Under the pieces are notes generated by a model. The model was not told the origin of the DNA. It made no database searches and was given only the letters and a program-made list of their open reading frames with translations. From the human T2T-CHM13v2.0 reference genome, Homo sapiens, in assembly GCF_009914755.1 (NCBI RefSeq), contig NC_060925.1: a stretch of DNA of 64,000 bases; one strand, 5' to 3'. Numbering within the stretch: position 1 is the first letter of the stretch; each line of letters begins with the position of its first letter. This document shows positions 29,334-44,225 of this stretch, in pieces. Made by a program: the position numbers and the translations under genes.

Positions 29334-30149
29334 CAAATCTTGTTAAATAGATGAGTGAAATATTAGCAGGAGAATCTATGTGATTTTCTGGATGCTTAGT
29401 ATGTGCCAGCAGTTGCACTGAATATTTTGTCTCTGTTCATGCAAGCTTTCCTTAGCCTTCACAACCTTGCACACTTTGGTGCTCCATGTGCTTCTGAGCT
29501 CTGCATGGGAATTACACATATGGATCATGGCACTGAGCATTCAGGATCAGACAAGGAGAAAGACGAGGACTGATGAGATTCAATAATCAATTGAAAAACC
29601 AGCTGCCCAGCTCTGCCTTTCTCCTACCCTTCGATGCAAGAAAGAATGTTCATGGACTGGATTTTTTCCATTCAATATCTGAGCTGGCAACAGACTCAAG
29701 GACCTGAAATAAACTGTGAATTGCTGATACTAGCATCTATCGTCTGTTGTTATTTTAAAGGGAGCTTCCCTAGGACTTTAATGTGTTGTGAACAAATGAA
29801 GTCTATGTGGCAGCCACATCAGGTTACCAGGCCTCAGCCTTCCAACTGTATCCTGTACCATGATCAGAAGACAGGCAACTCCACATTTCCCCAAGAGAAG
29901 AGAAAAGCCAATTTCTTCCAAGACAAGAAAAGCAGGTGTATGATTCTCAATGCCAGCTTGACTTATTTTACATATGGGGAAATGTTCCTAGATATAAGTA
30001 AGATATTGCTCCCACCAGAGGCCAGGTGTTAGGGCCCAGTTCACTAATCTGCACTTCATTTATTCAGAGTGATGCATTCTACATCAAAATATTTTGTATG
30101 TGGTTTTTTAACTTTATCTTCTCTCCAGATAAAATAATCACAATCATAT

Positions 30150-30280
30150 TTCCAAGAAATAATGTTAGGCATTGTCATTCTCAGTTCATAGATACCGAAA
30201 CTAAGGCTAAGAATGATCAAGAAATGTATCCAAAGTAGTTGGTAAGAGATGAACCAAGTCTATTTGGTTTGAACCTTAGT
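30150..30280 (-). mobile_element. MIR relic
   Basis: Core-like catagataccgaaactaaggctaagaatga. Confidence 0.55.
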
Positions 30281-31523
30281 GTAGTTAAAAAATAAACAAT
30301 AACTTAAGTATCACAGGGAAGATGTGTGGAAATGATCAGATATAAAAAATGTGACGTCGTTTTTAATGCAGGAGAACTTAGTATATTGAAGACATTTTTT
30401 CACCACAAGAAAATTCAGATTGTCTTTCAATATTAAGAGACTTAGATGAGGAGAACAATGCTATTATTCTCAGTTCCCTTTATTGGTTAGTAATCAGTGT
30501 GACTTACAAACCATTTATTTCCATGGAATGTACTTAATCTTTTCCTAACAACCTAAAACACCACAGCACTTAATATTAATACTTGGTGAGAGCTGAGTTT
30601 CCAAATACGACCTTTTTATTCTGATGCTGAAAAACAGGTTAAATACATAAGTCAGGCCTCATAGTTTGTGTTTCTTTTTTATTTCATGAGGTTAACATTT
30701 CATTGTAGTTACCATCTAAACTTCTGAAATTCTGAGGCTCAGAATTTCTAAAAATACATTTATTCAGAATTCCTTGAGAAGAGTGTGCACTTGACACCGC
30801 GTATGAGTTGCATATTGGAAAAATATTATAACTACGTATTTGAATAAATAGAAAAGAATAATAGAATATAATTACCAGAAAGATAGGTGAATTGTTACCT
30901 CTCTTTGCATTTCTTTTCCAGTATAAAGACCGAGAAAGAAACGAACTACATCAGCCTATCATTCTAATTTAGAACAAGATTAATGCTTACCTTTTAATGC
31001 TAGGCATCTTAGTTACCATTTTAAAAAGGTTTTAAAAAACAGATTAAGCATAACAGGTAAAAAAAAATAGCAAAATGTATCACTTTGTTTTCAGATAAAT
31101 TATGTGCATATATTCATGGTTCATACTTTTTAAATTTTGAGGATACTTTATTAAAATTAAGTTTGGAATAGTAAAAATAAGAGATACATTTTAATTTAAC
31201 ACCACCCAAATTAAATATTCATAGTATTTTAAAATCAAAAGCTATAAAACAATTTCCAAGATCAAGTTCCCATAACTCTGCACTAATAAGACTTGCTATG
31301 TTGACTTCTAGCATTGTTAAAAATAAAAATGATCAAGAGCAAGATATATTTAAATATGCCTGCCCTGGAGAGTTTTCATGGTTATGATCTCATAGAAAAT
31401 AGTTATGTTCTGTCAGAAAGTCATTTTTTTCTTACTTCAATAATATTGTCACGCTGTAATGTGATGGCACGAAGGCTAGACAAAGCTTTTAAAATTACAG
31501 TGATTTCTTTAGTAAATGTGGTT

Positions 31524-32000
31524 ATATTAGTTAACTAGTGCTGCATAACAAATTTATTTAAAATCTTACAGCTTAGAACAATAAATGTTTATTATATGAT
31601 GTCTTTTGTGGATAAGGAATTTGGGAGAGGTTTAGCTGAGAGCTTCCGGCTCAGGACCCCTCATAAGATTCAAACTCAAAGTGTTGGCCAGGACTGCTGT
31701 CATCTGCAGGTGTGACTGTGGCCATTGGATTGTGTCTAAGGGGGTCTGCTCACATGCCTGGCAAGTGGGTGCTGGCTGTTGTTTGGAGCATTCTGTTCCT
31801 TGCCACAGAGATCTCTCCACAGCGCTACTTGAGGGTCCTCATGACCTGGCAGCTCACTTTCCCCAAAGTAAATGGCCCAAGAGAGAAAGGCCGATATTGT
31901 AATAACATCCCTCATCTTCTGCTTGCTTTATAGGTCAACCTTATTCATTTAAAGTGTAGGTGAGAGTCACTGGGGGCCATCAGTGAAGTTGGCTACTACA
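31524..32000 (-). mobile_element. MaLR LTR, MLT1F/H-like
   Basis: attagttaactagtgctgcataacaaat ... ctcacatgcctggcaagtgggtgctggctgtt ... ggctactaca. Confidence 0.85.
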
Positions 32001-35000
32001 ACGGTGTATCTTTACTTTATAATCATTTAAAAGCTTTTCCAAATACCTCCAAATAATTAGGATAATACATAAGAAAGCATTTGGGAGTATGCGCTCAGAT
32101 TTTATTCATTCCATTTGAAGCATCATGCTCTACAATAGCATTTCTTCAAGAGCACTTTGCTTTTCTGATAGCATTTCGGTTACCTAATTTCTCATGTTAA
32201 AGATTCATTAAAATAGTGCTATTTTCAACAAATATTACTTATTAGGTGACAATCGCTTCTCTAGGGATGGGGCCACAAAAATATTCTTAAAGATCTCATA
32301 TAGAAGTGGCATTGAGCTATCTGAAAACAACCAAAAAAATGTACATCAGTGGAAGAATCATTACAAATGACATATGCAAGCATTTCTGGAGGATTTGGGA
32401 GAGGATAAAGAAATGAAAAATGAAATCAAGGACACAAATCCATGGATGATTAAATCATATCCATGATTCTTAAGCCATCTCAATATTTAGCTATCCAGAG
32501 TGTGGGCCTTGATGTGGTAAGGTGAGAAATGTCTCAAAAATAGAATGATGGTTAGAATGGGGATTGGAACGGGAAAAAAGCAAAAAATCAGGAGTCATGT
32601 TTTGGCTAGATTTGTTAATCTGACTAAGGGCCTTTGGAAATTACAATCGAATTCTAAACTCTATTCACTGTATTTTGAATCGTGCTCTACAAAAATTTCT
32701 TCTTTTATACTTAACATCCACTTTCGCAGTAATTTATTAAATTAACAAATAAATTTCATGCTAAAATGGGAACAGTTCAGATTTCCAATCAAATTATGGA
32801 GGATAAATACTTCTGTCTTTCATGGTTTTTCTAATTATACAGCAGATGAGGCTGGTGACATATTTCTTATCATCCATATTCTATAGAAGAAATACTCAAG
32901 TGAATTTCTTAGAACTCTTTCAAAAGCTCTTATAAATTATACTTACTATTTGAAAATCTCTTTTGAAAATATATTTGTTTAACACATATCCTTAGATGCT
33001 ACCTCAAAATTTTAATATCTTTACTGTTTTCTGTGAATAGAAAAAGTAATACCTGCTTGTGAAGCTTCAAACAGTCAAAGGATGTAGAAAATAGAAAGCA
33101 AAGGTGTCTGTCATTGGAGTGAGAGTCAGGGGCAGGGGGATTTACGCTGAGCACAATCTTTAATGATACTTTTTTTTAAAAGAAATTCATTTGTATATGT
33201 TTGAAAGACCTGCTTTGAAATAGCAACCAAAAACTGGCCTTTTAAAAAAGTACTTTTCTTTGATGAAGGCAAGAGCACCCAAATGTAGAAATGACCAACT
33301 CATACAAACTAAGAATGTTAACCAGAGTTAGGCCAAGAGCTGATCATGGCTTTGAAGATACACAGGTCTTAAAAATCCCTGGGAATAAGAAAAATGACTC
33401 TGGCTGGAAGAAATTGACCATTATGGACAAGCTACACAGGTGCAGAAATACATGGAGCAGACATAAAGTGGTTGTGCAAATGGTATAGGGAGAAAAATAA
33501 GGCTCAGAATGAGCTAGAAGAGAAGCTCTGTGAGTGCAAGATTGTTGTATTTTCTGTTTAGTCAATCACTGTTGTACAGAACAGTTCCTGGCCTCTAGCA
33601 GGCACTTGTTAAATGCTTATGAAATACAAGACTTAAATAATGCATCAATTTCAACTTATAAGTACCTTAAAGATGAGATATTTGATGCACAGTACCAGGG
33701 CTGAAAAAAAGCATGTCATTGAGACAGAGGTATCACAAAAGGTTATGGCATCAATGTAAGATTTTTAAATAAATCTAGTTTCATTGCTTAGATTTACCTT
33801 TCAAGAAAATATATTTCATATATCATGTTGTTGCCCCAAACCATCATTGTGGAGGGGTCTTTGGCAATAATATAAAAGTAAAAATAAAAGTTTATAAAAG
33901 TGTCCTTGGATATGCATTTTTTTGCAAGAAAAAAATTTAAAACAATATTTTAACTAACACATAATAATTGTACAAACTTGTGGAGTAAAGTGTGATATTT
34001 TAATACATATACTTTTACATCTACTCTATTATTGAATATAAGATTTCATTTCCCATACATAAGAAATGAATTGACATTATTTAAAGGAACAGTGGGTATA
34101 AAGTTCTCAGACAAAAAGCAAATGTACTCATGTAAAACTTGTCTCCAATGAACTTTACAACTCTTGAAGGCAGTTGCTGGGTCTCATTCACCTTTTTAAA
34201 AGTAGGGCCTCATTGTTCATTTAATGAAACAATGCATACATACACAGTTGCATCAACCTCTTGATATTTCACAAGAATTTTTCTTTAAACTCTTACTACA
34301 TAGAATTCTGAATGAAATGTGCTTCCAAAAAAAGTTGACAGAATTTATTTCTTGGCAAATAAACTATCCATTAATTCAATAGTTTTTTACTGAATAGCCA
34401 TTATTTTAGTTAATGGGGATAGAGAGTATACATGATTGCTACCCTCAGTGAGTTTATAATTCTGAAAGAAAAAAACAAATTTCTCAGCTGTCTAAGTAGG
34501 ATCTAGACTGATCCAGTTTGGGGAGCAGGCCTTGGTTGCCCATCACTTATTTGTCTCTGTGCTCTCCTGGAGACTGCGCCCTTCACCCTTTCCCTGTGTC
34601 TCACATCCTTCTCCAACACCGACAAGAGCCCGGGGAGGCAACTCAATGGCATTACTAAATAATGCATTTTATTCAGACAAACCCTATTTAGACTGCTGCA
34701 TTTTAACACAAAATCACTATGCACATTTATTGCTCTGGCATCCCCTAGTATCAGATTCCAGATGTCTCCTCAACAATTGGCTTAATGAAGTTTAGAGCAA
34801 CCATCTTCTCTCCCACACACAGAACTATTTTTGAGACTTTATGTTAATATGTTGTTCTGCTCACTTTTACTGAATTTACTCCTTTTTAACATTCATTTTG
34901 GCAATGATATCAAGAAAAATAATCCAAAGTGTCATTTTGCAGGAAAGAATATTTCTCAACACCCATTAAATAATTCTGTATATGTTAGCTTGCATTTTAT

Positions 35001-37601
35001 ATATATACATATATATCTTTCATCATATTCACATGGTTCATTCAAAAATACTTTTAACCTGCAGTAAATTTTATACCAGTGCACTTATTACTACTAATAC
35101 CTTTTTTAATTTATGTAAATCATTCTCATCGTCTTCTTTCTGCTAGACGTCTTCCCTTAGCTTTTCATAACTAAATTTTTTCTCCACTTTTTATGTGATG
35201 TTTCATCATTCCAAGGTATCCTCGCATAGAATATCCTCCTATTTATTTAGTAATATCTATTGCACAGAACGTATCAGAAAAACAACAAAAGAGAGGACAG
35301 TGGTCACCTGAGCAACCAAAATAGAGACCTCACGCTGAAGTTTATTTAAGTTACTTACAGAATCACACACAATCTCTGACCTGAATCATAGCTTCTTTAC
35401 TAGTCTTTGACATGGTTTTCAATAACTTTCACTTTCTATTTTCGCAACTCACAGCAGCAATTTCAGTGTAGTGAAGAACACTGGCCACCCAATAGATAGA
35501 ACAGCTAAAGGCCTAAGTGTGACTGACAGCTCAGTGGAAAGACAGAGGTAGAAGACTGCAAAAGGCAAATCTCAGAATTCACAAAAGCTGAGCAGGTGCC
35601 ATTCAATGAAGACATGAACTGGCCTAGGTATTTCTGGGACCTGAATGGTCTTTCAATATTAGAACATAACTTGTGTAATTATGACCAGTGGTCACAGAGA
35701 ATGCATCTGAATATAATAATCAATTCATTCGCGTATTTATTCATGTATTTGCTATGTGAAAAAGATTTTTCTATTGATGTCTGTACTCACCCTTAATGAC
35801 AAGCCCACAAGCCAATTGAACGTAATAGATTTTCTGTGGAAATTCATAGCAGGTAGGAGAGAGACCTCACAAGACTACAGTGATAATTTAAAATCTAGAA
35901 CTCTCCTCTCTTAGTAAGATTTAATTTAAATAATTTTAAGCAACCAGACCCCAGACTCTCTCCTGCCTCTAGGTACCCTCAATGTCCCTCAATTCCTTTT
36001 TGTTTTCTTCTTAGGTAGAATGTTTGACCATCCTCTGCTAGCCTCCTTCACACCCAAACAGTCACATGTTACCTTACACCTTTAAGTGACTCAGCAGGGA
36101 TTTTCCTTTAAAAAGACCATTCTTTCCCTGAAAACAACTCTGATTTCAGCTAGCAAAAAAATAGTGACTTTATTATGTCCATGCAAGAATATTATATTTA
36201 AGAAACATGTTCATGTAGCATAGGTATGTTTTTGAATACATTTGCAGTCCTTTATTTCCTGACATTATCCGCTGGGCAAAGATAGGTAAAGATGACATAT
36301 TAACAATATGCTACTATAATCAAACAGATATTGATAGCAAGCAAAACGTCTATCTGTTCAAGTATGCTGATTAAGTAATCTACTGTAATTGCCCTTTCTC
36401 TGTAGTGTAGTCACTGCGGTCTCCATAATTTTACTCTTAGAGATTCCGTCCATTGGTGAAGCACTGCCCTCTTCAGGCAAAATCGCCTAAAGTATCAATA
36501 ATCACAAGAAAAATATACTTGAATCCATTTAATTTGTAAGAGCACCACTTTGGTGAGGTGACGCACACACAAACAAAATTCTAGGAAATGATACGAGTTT
36601 TGCCTAAATAGGGGTAATTTTTAGATAAACTGGTGAGGTTTTACACCTGTTTAAACAGCTGAATGTGTCTGACCTTCTTTAACTCTCTGAAATTCCATGA
36701 ACCATAAAACCAAAGAGAAAGAAGGCAGTACTTTAGATTTATGCAATCCATCAACTGATTAGAAATTATTTCAAAAGTATTAGTTAAATCCACAGTTCCA
36801 ACATTGTTTTCTACTCTTTATTATAAACAGCATGGTGCTGTCAGCTGTTACTGACTTGAGAACAAGTCTAATCACAGGGAACTACATTTCTAAACATGAC
36901 TTAATTAGCCTAATGTGTTGTTTTAAAAATTAAGAGCATTTCAATGTCATGGTGAGAGATCAAGTGTTTTCAATTCTATTTAAAAGGATATATTTGGTAG
37001 TTGAAAAGCTAGCTCTATTGCTTTGTTCTTTAAAAGAGAATGGAAATTGCTCAGCCACATCACAAGCTTCTTCTGTAAGTTTCATTTGGGTCCATGATTC
37101 TTTTCATTGTAGAGAGCACAGTGGGAACAAAATAGCCCTGTTAATTGCCTGTTAATTCCCACAAAAATTTTAAATGTATCTCTACTTTTTATAAGACTAT
37201 TTTGTACTATCTTGCTATAAAGGTATTTATCTTATTCATTCTAGGCATTAAAAATGTTTTAAAATCACCTTCGTATGAGTCCCCAGTTACATCCCGGGGG
37301 AATCTTGGACTATCAAATTAGAGACATCACTCTCAGCAAATATTTCATGTTGTAGACTCTAGGGGGAAAGCTGTAATGCTTCCCGACATGAGAAAAAGCA
37401 GCATGTCTGGAGAAAGAGCAATACTATGTGCCAATAATTAAGACAGACATGTTTCAAAATAGGAAACTAGAGTCAATTGTTAGAAGTTAAATAAAAGAAT
37501 GAGTTGATTGTGTCAGAAAATGATTCTGTGAATGCAGTCTATGAAAATCTGCAAACTATAGAAAAAAATAGATGTTAAACATCTTAAAAATCAACAATAT
37601 A

Positions 37602-37965
<364 letters not shown>

Positions 37966-38169
37966 TTAACATTCAAATAAGTAAAAATTAATCACAGGTT
38001 TAAGAATGATTAAAGCTTGTTATATTATAAAACTAATTTTAATGACTAGTAGGTTAATATCAAGTTTGACCAGTAGGTGCTCAGTGAAGGACGCTGCTTT
38101 GGAATGAAATATGCTGGACTCAAGTTAGATTCTCTTTAGGAACTTTCACAAGGCAGTTCTCGTTTGCAA

Positions 38170-38390
38170 AATAGATTTCTGAAGCCAGATACTTGGATTC
38201 CAACATTTGCTCTTTGTTAATTTATTACTTGCCTGTACATTTGCTCCACAGTCTCTGTTTCTTCGTCTATTAACAGAGATATAAATCTTCATCTCTCAAG
38301 GGTGTTGTGTGGATTAACTCAGACAGCATGTAGAGGTTCTGTATTACACTGCTTGACACATCATAAATGTTCAGTAAGTGTCAGTTTTGT
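38170..38390 (+). mobile_element. MIR
   Basis: gaagccagatacttggattcc, ctctgtttcttcgtctattaac, gggtgttgtgtggattaa, aaatgttcagtaagtgtcag. Confidence 0.75.
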
Positions 38391-38413
38391 TTCTCTTCTC
38401 CTTCACCTTTTAG

Positions 38414-38709
<296 letters not shown>

Positions 38710-39364
38710 CTAATATAAACAAAGCCAGTATAACTGTCTATGACTAGTATAATTAAAACTAATAAATGTATATATGAAGATGCTTTGAAAATTTTAAAGT
38801 TATGTCACCCTTAGAACATGTTATTTGGAGAATGATCATCATGGAGCAATGAAAAAGGAGCGTCCTTTGTTTGTTCATAATCACCTAAAGAATATGATCA
38901 TAAATAATATTTCTAAATGTAGAAAAGAAGTATTTATCACTTCACCTTATAAATACCCCAGTCAGAGTACTAAAGTCTATTTGATTTATGCTATGCTCAT
39001 GGAGTTCCTTCTAATAATTTCATGAGTAGACTTTCATACAGGGGCTAATTCCTCAGACAACTAGCATCAGTTATCAGACCAAATTTAGCGTTGTGAAAAA
39101 TTCTGGTTCGTATCTGGATTTTTGAATAAGTCTCTTATGTGTCTGGTTATATGATACGATAATAAACTGATTCATAGAGTAGCATGTTCAATGACAAAAT
39201 GTGAGAATTTGATATTACAGCAGCTTGAAAGCAGAATAAAGTGCCACAATTTTAAGATAAAATTCAAGATCCTTTATTATCTGAATTAACACGTAATTCC
39301 TAATATTTTTTCCACTATTCTCACTCCCTATCCAGATCCTGCATTCCAGCTATTTTTTTACACT

Positions 39365-40560
39365 ATTTTTAAATTCAATTTTGTTGAGATATATAACTTA
39401 CATATTATAAAGTATACCCACTTAGGTCTGCATTCTGGCAAGTTTTTACAAATGTATACAGCAGTGTGTATACACCAATGCAACTGTCACCACGGTGACT
39501 AATCTATTTGGAATCCTATCCACTGAATTTTCCATTTCAGACATTGTATTTGAAGTTAAGAAATAAGACAGAAGTGACTGGGGGAGGGGAGCAATATGTA
39601 GATGTATGGAATAAAAGGAAAGCAGATAGAAGGAACTAGAAGTTCTTTTGTTTTTCATGGGTCTCCTTTCTCATTTCACTCTAGTCACAATTAAGTTTCG
39701 TCCTTGAACATATTGAGCACACTTAGAACATACTCTGGCATTTTCATCTTATAGATGATAGAATTAGAAATACTGCTGCTTTTATTGACTAAATACTATG
39801 CTAATCAGTCACTTTTTTTGGTTTTTATGCTTAACAATTTTTTATTAGATATGTGATATTTTGACTATTACATTGTTGTCCGTTAAATTTTGTTTTCTCT
39901 CTTTAAAGAGTTTTGGTTCTTTGGATTTTGTTTCTTTCCCTTCAGAATTTTGAAGTTTGCTTCGGTAGGCAATTAAGTTACTTGCAGATCAGTTTGATCT
40001 CTCGGAAGCCTGTTTTTAAGGTTAGCAGGGCACACCAGCCAGAATTCAAACATTTCCCAGTGCCTGTTGCACACTGGGGAACTAAGCACTTTAAAGAGTC
40101 CTGGCATCCCCACCTCTTTGCCACCCCCAACTGTCCTTGTGAAGTTTTACCTTCTGTGGGTGTAGATAGGCATTCGCAGAAAGAGTCAAGGGGATGCTGG
40201 TGCTGATTTCTGGAGCTTACTCTTGGTACCATGATTTTTCAACATTCTGCCTTACAAATTCTGCCTTCAGCAGTTTTGCTAAACTTTAATCTCTGTCTTC
40301 TCAACTAAGCAAGACAATTGGCTCTGTTTGGAAGCTCTTTTCCTGTACCATGTTTCAGAAGTTGCTTCTGGGTATAAATTGGTGCCGCCATAGAGTTCAG
40401 CATGTTTGTTCCATTTCTCTTTAGGATCAGTTCTGTACTGCTTATTGCCTGAGAGTGAAAACTTTTAAAAATGATATTTTGTTACATGTATTTCATTGCT
40501 TAAGGCAGGAGAGTAAATCTAATCCCTGCATTCCCCCATGACCAGAAGCAGAAGTGGCTA
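39365..40560 (-). mobile_element. Old L1ME-like fragments (3' end piece and 5' region)
   Basis: ttttgttgagatatataacttacata; ccactgaattttccatttcagacattgtatt; accagaagcagaagt. Confidence 0.55.
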
Positions 40561-40774
40561 CTCATTATTATGATTCATTTTTCTTCCTTTCATCTCTTGG
40601 AAAGAGCCATGCAATGTATCCCTGAGATCATTATCTTAGGCCATCTGCTTTCCTTTTACTTGACACATCTATATATTGCTTGCCTTCCCCCAGTCACTTG
40701 TGTCTTCTTTCTTAACTTCAATTATCACCTACCCTACCTTTAGCCTAGGCCTTTGTTTTGAGCTTTTATTTTGG

Positions 40775-41150
40775 TTAGCTGTTGTAGCGTAATAAACAGC
40801 TTCAAAATTCAGTGGCTTAGAAAACATCTTTTACCATTCTTAACCAGACACAGCTCAAGAATTCTCTTTAGTATTATACAAGTAACAGCTTCAATAACCT
40901 GGTGTTCCAAGATGCCTCACTCTGGAATATCTTAAAGGCTGGGCTCAAGTAAGATTCTGAGATAGCTGAACCTCTCTCTTTCTTGCCATGTCACAGCTCC
41001 AGTGGGGACAGTTGAACATCTTAGTTGGAGATTCTTGGCTACTAAAAGTGCAAAGCAGAGTCTGACAGATTTCCTTAAGGCATAATTCCAAAACTGGCAA
41101 AATTCACTTCCACTACACACATTCAACTGGTTAAAGCCATCAGAGATTTC
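40775..41150 (-). mobile_element. Old MLT1-family MaLR LTR
   Basis: caaaattcagtggcttagaaaac, ttccaagatgcctcactc, cacttccactacacacattc. Confidence 0.65.
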
Positions 41151-41254
41151 AAGAATTTCTACATAGCTACAGTAATTAAGGCATTGTGGAATCAATGCAC
41201 AGGTAGAAAAATAAATGGAAGAAACAAAACTGAGTCCAAGCAGACCCAACTTCT

Positions 41255-41512
41255 TAAAAATAAACTACTTATATTGGAGTAATTTCAAATATTTTTGAAA
41301 TTTGTAAAATCATATGGCAAGGTTCCATATACTCCCTCCTCCAGTTTCCTCTAATATTGACATCTTACATTTTCATGGTACATTTGTCAAAACTAAGAAG
41401 CCGACATTAGTACATTACTACTAAGCTCCAGACTTTATTGAGGAATTACCAGGTTTTTCCACTAATGCCCGTTTTCTGTTCCAGGATTCAATCCAGGGTC
41501 ACATTGCACTTG
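41255..41512 (-). mobile_element. L1MC/MD-like 3' end fragment
   Basis: ccagtttcctctaatattgacatcttac, tacatttgtcaaaactaagaa, ttttctgttccaggattcaatccagg. Confidence 0.7.
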
Positions 41513-42631
41513 AAGACCCACTTTTATATACATATCCAATTATTACAACAAAAACACACCACAATTCAGAGGTTATTGGATGTCCCTTCAATAAATGTTA
41601 CTGAATCCATTGGGTATTACAGAGAAACACGAACCTCAACCTTTCTTCATGCCTTATACGAAAATTAACTGGAAATAGCTCATGGTCTTAAATGTGACAC
41701 CTAAAACTACAAAGCTTACGGAAGAAAACATAGGCTAATATCTTCATAAGATTGGAGTAGGCAAAACTTCTTGAACAACACCTAAAAAACACTAGACATA
41801 AAGCAAAAGTTAGATAAATTGGATTTTGTTTAATGTAAACATTTCTGCTAGACAACAGACAATATTAGGAGATTAAAATACAAATCTTTTATTGGGAAGA
41901 GACAGTGTCAATACATGTATGCAGTAAACTAGTCATATCCTGAATATATAAAGAAGTCCTAAAAATTCTTTGTGTCAGTAAGATACAGATCAAAATAAAA
42001 GATAAAATGAGAAAAGATTTAAGCAGATATATCACAAAAGGGGATACCTAAATGATCCCAGACCAAGAAGCATAAAGGAAATGCAAATTAAAGCTAAACT
42101 AAGATACCATTACACATCTGCTGAAATGACTTAAACTAACAATGAATACCACACTCTGTTGGTGAGAAAATGGAGCAACTAGAATCATCAACTATTGTTG
42201 GTAGAAGTATAAAATGATAGAACAACTTTGAAAATATCTTTGATAAAAACTAAACAATCTTTTTCTTCATGACCCAGCAATTCTACTTCTATGCATATTC
42301 CTAGGAGAAGTGCATGCCTAACTCTATGAAAAAACATGTACAAGAATGTCCTAGCTTCCTAAAAAATAGCAGTTTAATCCATAATATCCTCAAATTGGAT
42401 AAAAGAAAATAAATGTCTATCGATGGTATGAGGAAGTTTTAAAAATGTGTTATATTTATATTATGAAATGTTGACAACAACAAAAAATTATTTGCACACC
42501 TAGAGACTTCAATATATCTCAAAAATACCTGGAGCAAAATAATTCAGAACAAAAGAGTATATACTGTATGGTTCCATTAACATAAAGTCCAACAACAGCC
42601 AAAACTAATCTGTGGAGATAGATATCGTAAT

Positions 42632-42745
42632 TAGATTGACCAACTCAATCCAGTTTTGCCTGGAATTTTCCTGATTTTTGCACTAGAAGTCTCAGATCTG
42701 GGGCAATTTTTATTTTCCGGCACACCGAGGCAGTTGTTCAATCTA
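42632..42745. mobile_element. MER81-like hAT MITE
   Basis: 114 bp with terminal inverted repeats tagattgaccaac / gttgttcaatcta. Confidence 0.75.
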
Positions 42746-42765
42746 GGTGGTACTCTCTGGGCAGT

Positions 42766-43290
42766 TGTATTAGTTATCTATTGCTGTGTAACAGCTTACG
42801 TCAAAATGTGATAGTTAAAACCAACAATAAATCATTATTATCTCGCACAATAGGTCCGAAATTGTTGAGCAGCTTAGTGTTGGCTTGGAGTCTCTCATGA
42901 GATTGCATTAGGATACTGACTGAATGAAGACTATGGTTGTCTGAAGGCTTGATAGTGCTAGTGGATTTGTTTCCAAGATGGTTCATTCACATGCCTAGCA
43001 AGCTGGTAATGGCTTTTGGCAGGAGACAGCCTCAGTTCTACATCATGTGGACTACTTCATAGAAATGCTTGAGACTCCTCATGATATGGCACCTGATGTC
43101 CCCCAGAGTATCTAATCCAGGAAAGCAACATGGGTACAAGAAAGAAGGCATAATGACTTTGATAATCTAGTCTCAAAGATCACATGCCATTTTGTCTACA
43201 CAAAAATATAGCCTTATTTATTGTGCAAGGAGACTACAAGGATGTGAATATCAGGTGACAGGGGTCATTTGAGTGCATCTTGAGGCTGAG
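42766..43290 (-). mobile_element. MaLR LTR, MLT1F-like
   Basis: tgtattagttatctattgctgtgtaaca ... ttccaagatggttcattcacatgcctagcaagctgg. Confidence 0.85.
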
Positions 43291-44017
43291 AAAGATCATG
43301 AGGAAACTTCCTGGTATGTTGGAAATGTTCTATATCTAGATCTCGGTAGTGGTTATATATATAAAAAAATTCATTGAACTCTAAGTACACTTAAGATTTG
43401 TGTAGTTTTATCTATGTAGGATATTCCTCAGTTTATAAAGACATACAAAAGGGAGGAAATATATGACACTATGCAAAAAGCACAAATCTGCACATTTCAT
43501 TCTGTTGCCTAAAATTCTTGAATTATTTTGTTATTACACAGAAATGAAGATTAAAAATTCTCACCATAGGCTCTAAGGCCATAATTAGGACCTTCTAACC
43601 CTAATTGTTTCACCAAGTGAATTATAAAACAAACTACTTATTTAAAGATTGAGTGATTATAGGAAAAGAAATAGCATTTGTGCTTTTTTTTTTTTAGTAA
43701 AAATTGTGTTTCAATGTTAGCAAATATTCCAAATTGATATTAGAATAAACTTCTTTAAAAAGTATCAGGAATAAATATAGATTGAATGATAGAATTAGAA
43801 AAACACAATCTTCTAGTTATGGAATAACTACAACATGTTATTTTATTAAACATTATTGTAAATGTTCAATAACTATTTATTAAATAAGGCACATAAATAT
43901 TTCTCAATTCTCTGATTGTTTATTTCCTTAAATTTTCCTTATGTGGTTTTATTCATGTTGGATAACATGCCTTCCTAATTTAAATTCTTCAGAATTTCAC
44001 CTAGACATATAGAATTT

Positions 44018-44225
44018 CAGCTTGGCAATATGGCAAAACCTTGTCTCTACAAGAAATTCAAAGAGTCGCCAGCCTTAGTGGCGTTGGCCTGTGGTCCCAG
44101 CTACTCAGGTGGCTGAGATGGGAGGATCACCTGAGTCCAGGGAGGTCCAGGTTGCAGTAAGCTGTGATCGTTCCTCTGCTCTCCAGCCTGGGTGACAGAG
44201 TGAGACCCTGTCTCTAAATAAATAA
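44018..44225 (+). mobile_element. AluJ, 5'-truncated
   Basis: J diagnostics gggaggatcacctgagtccaggg, gtgagaccctgtctc. Confidence 0.9.

Larger units (their letters stand above)
41150..43440 (+). mobile_element. Old L1ME-like ORF2 3' part and 3'UTR with three nested insertions
   Basis: atagctacagtaattaagg, cctaaaactacaaagcttacggaagaaaacatagg, ggaaatgcaaattaaa, tgacccagcaattctacttct, gaaatgttctatatct. Confidence 0.8.

Noticed and set aside
29634-30032. 132-aa ORF in a GC-richer block
   Set aside because: No recognisable domain or exon structure; probably a chance ORF over an ancient LTR-like relic I could not assign.
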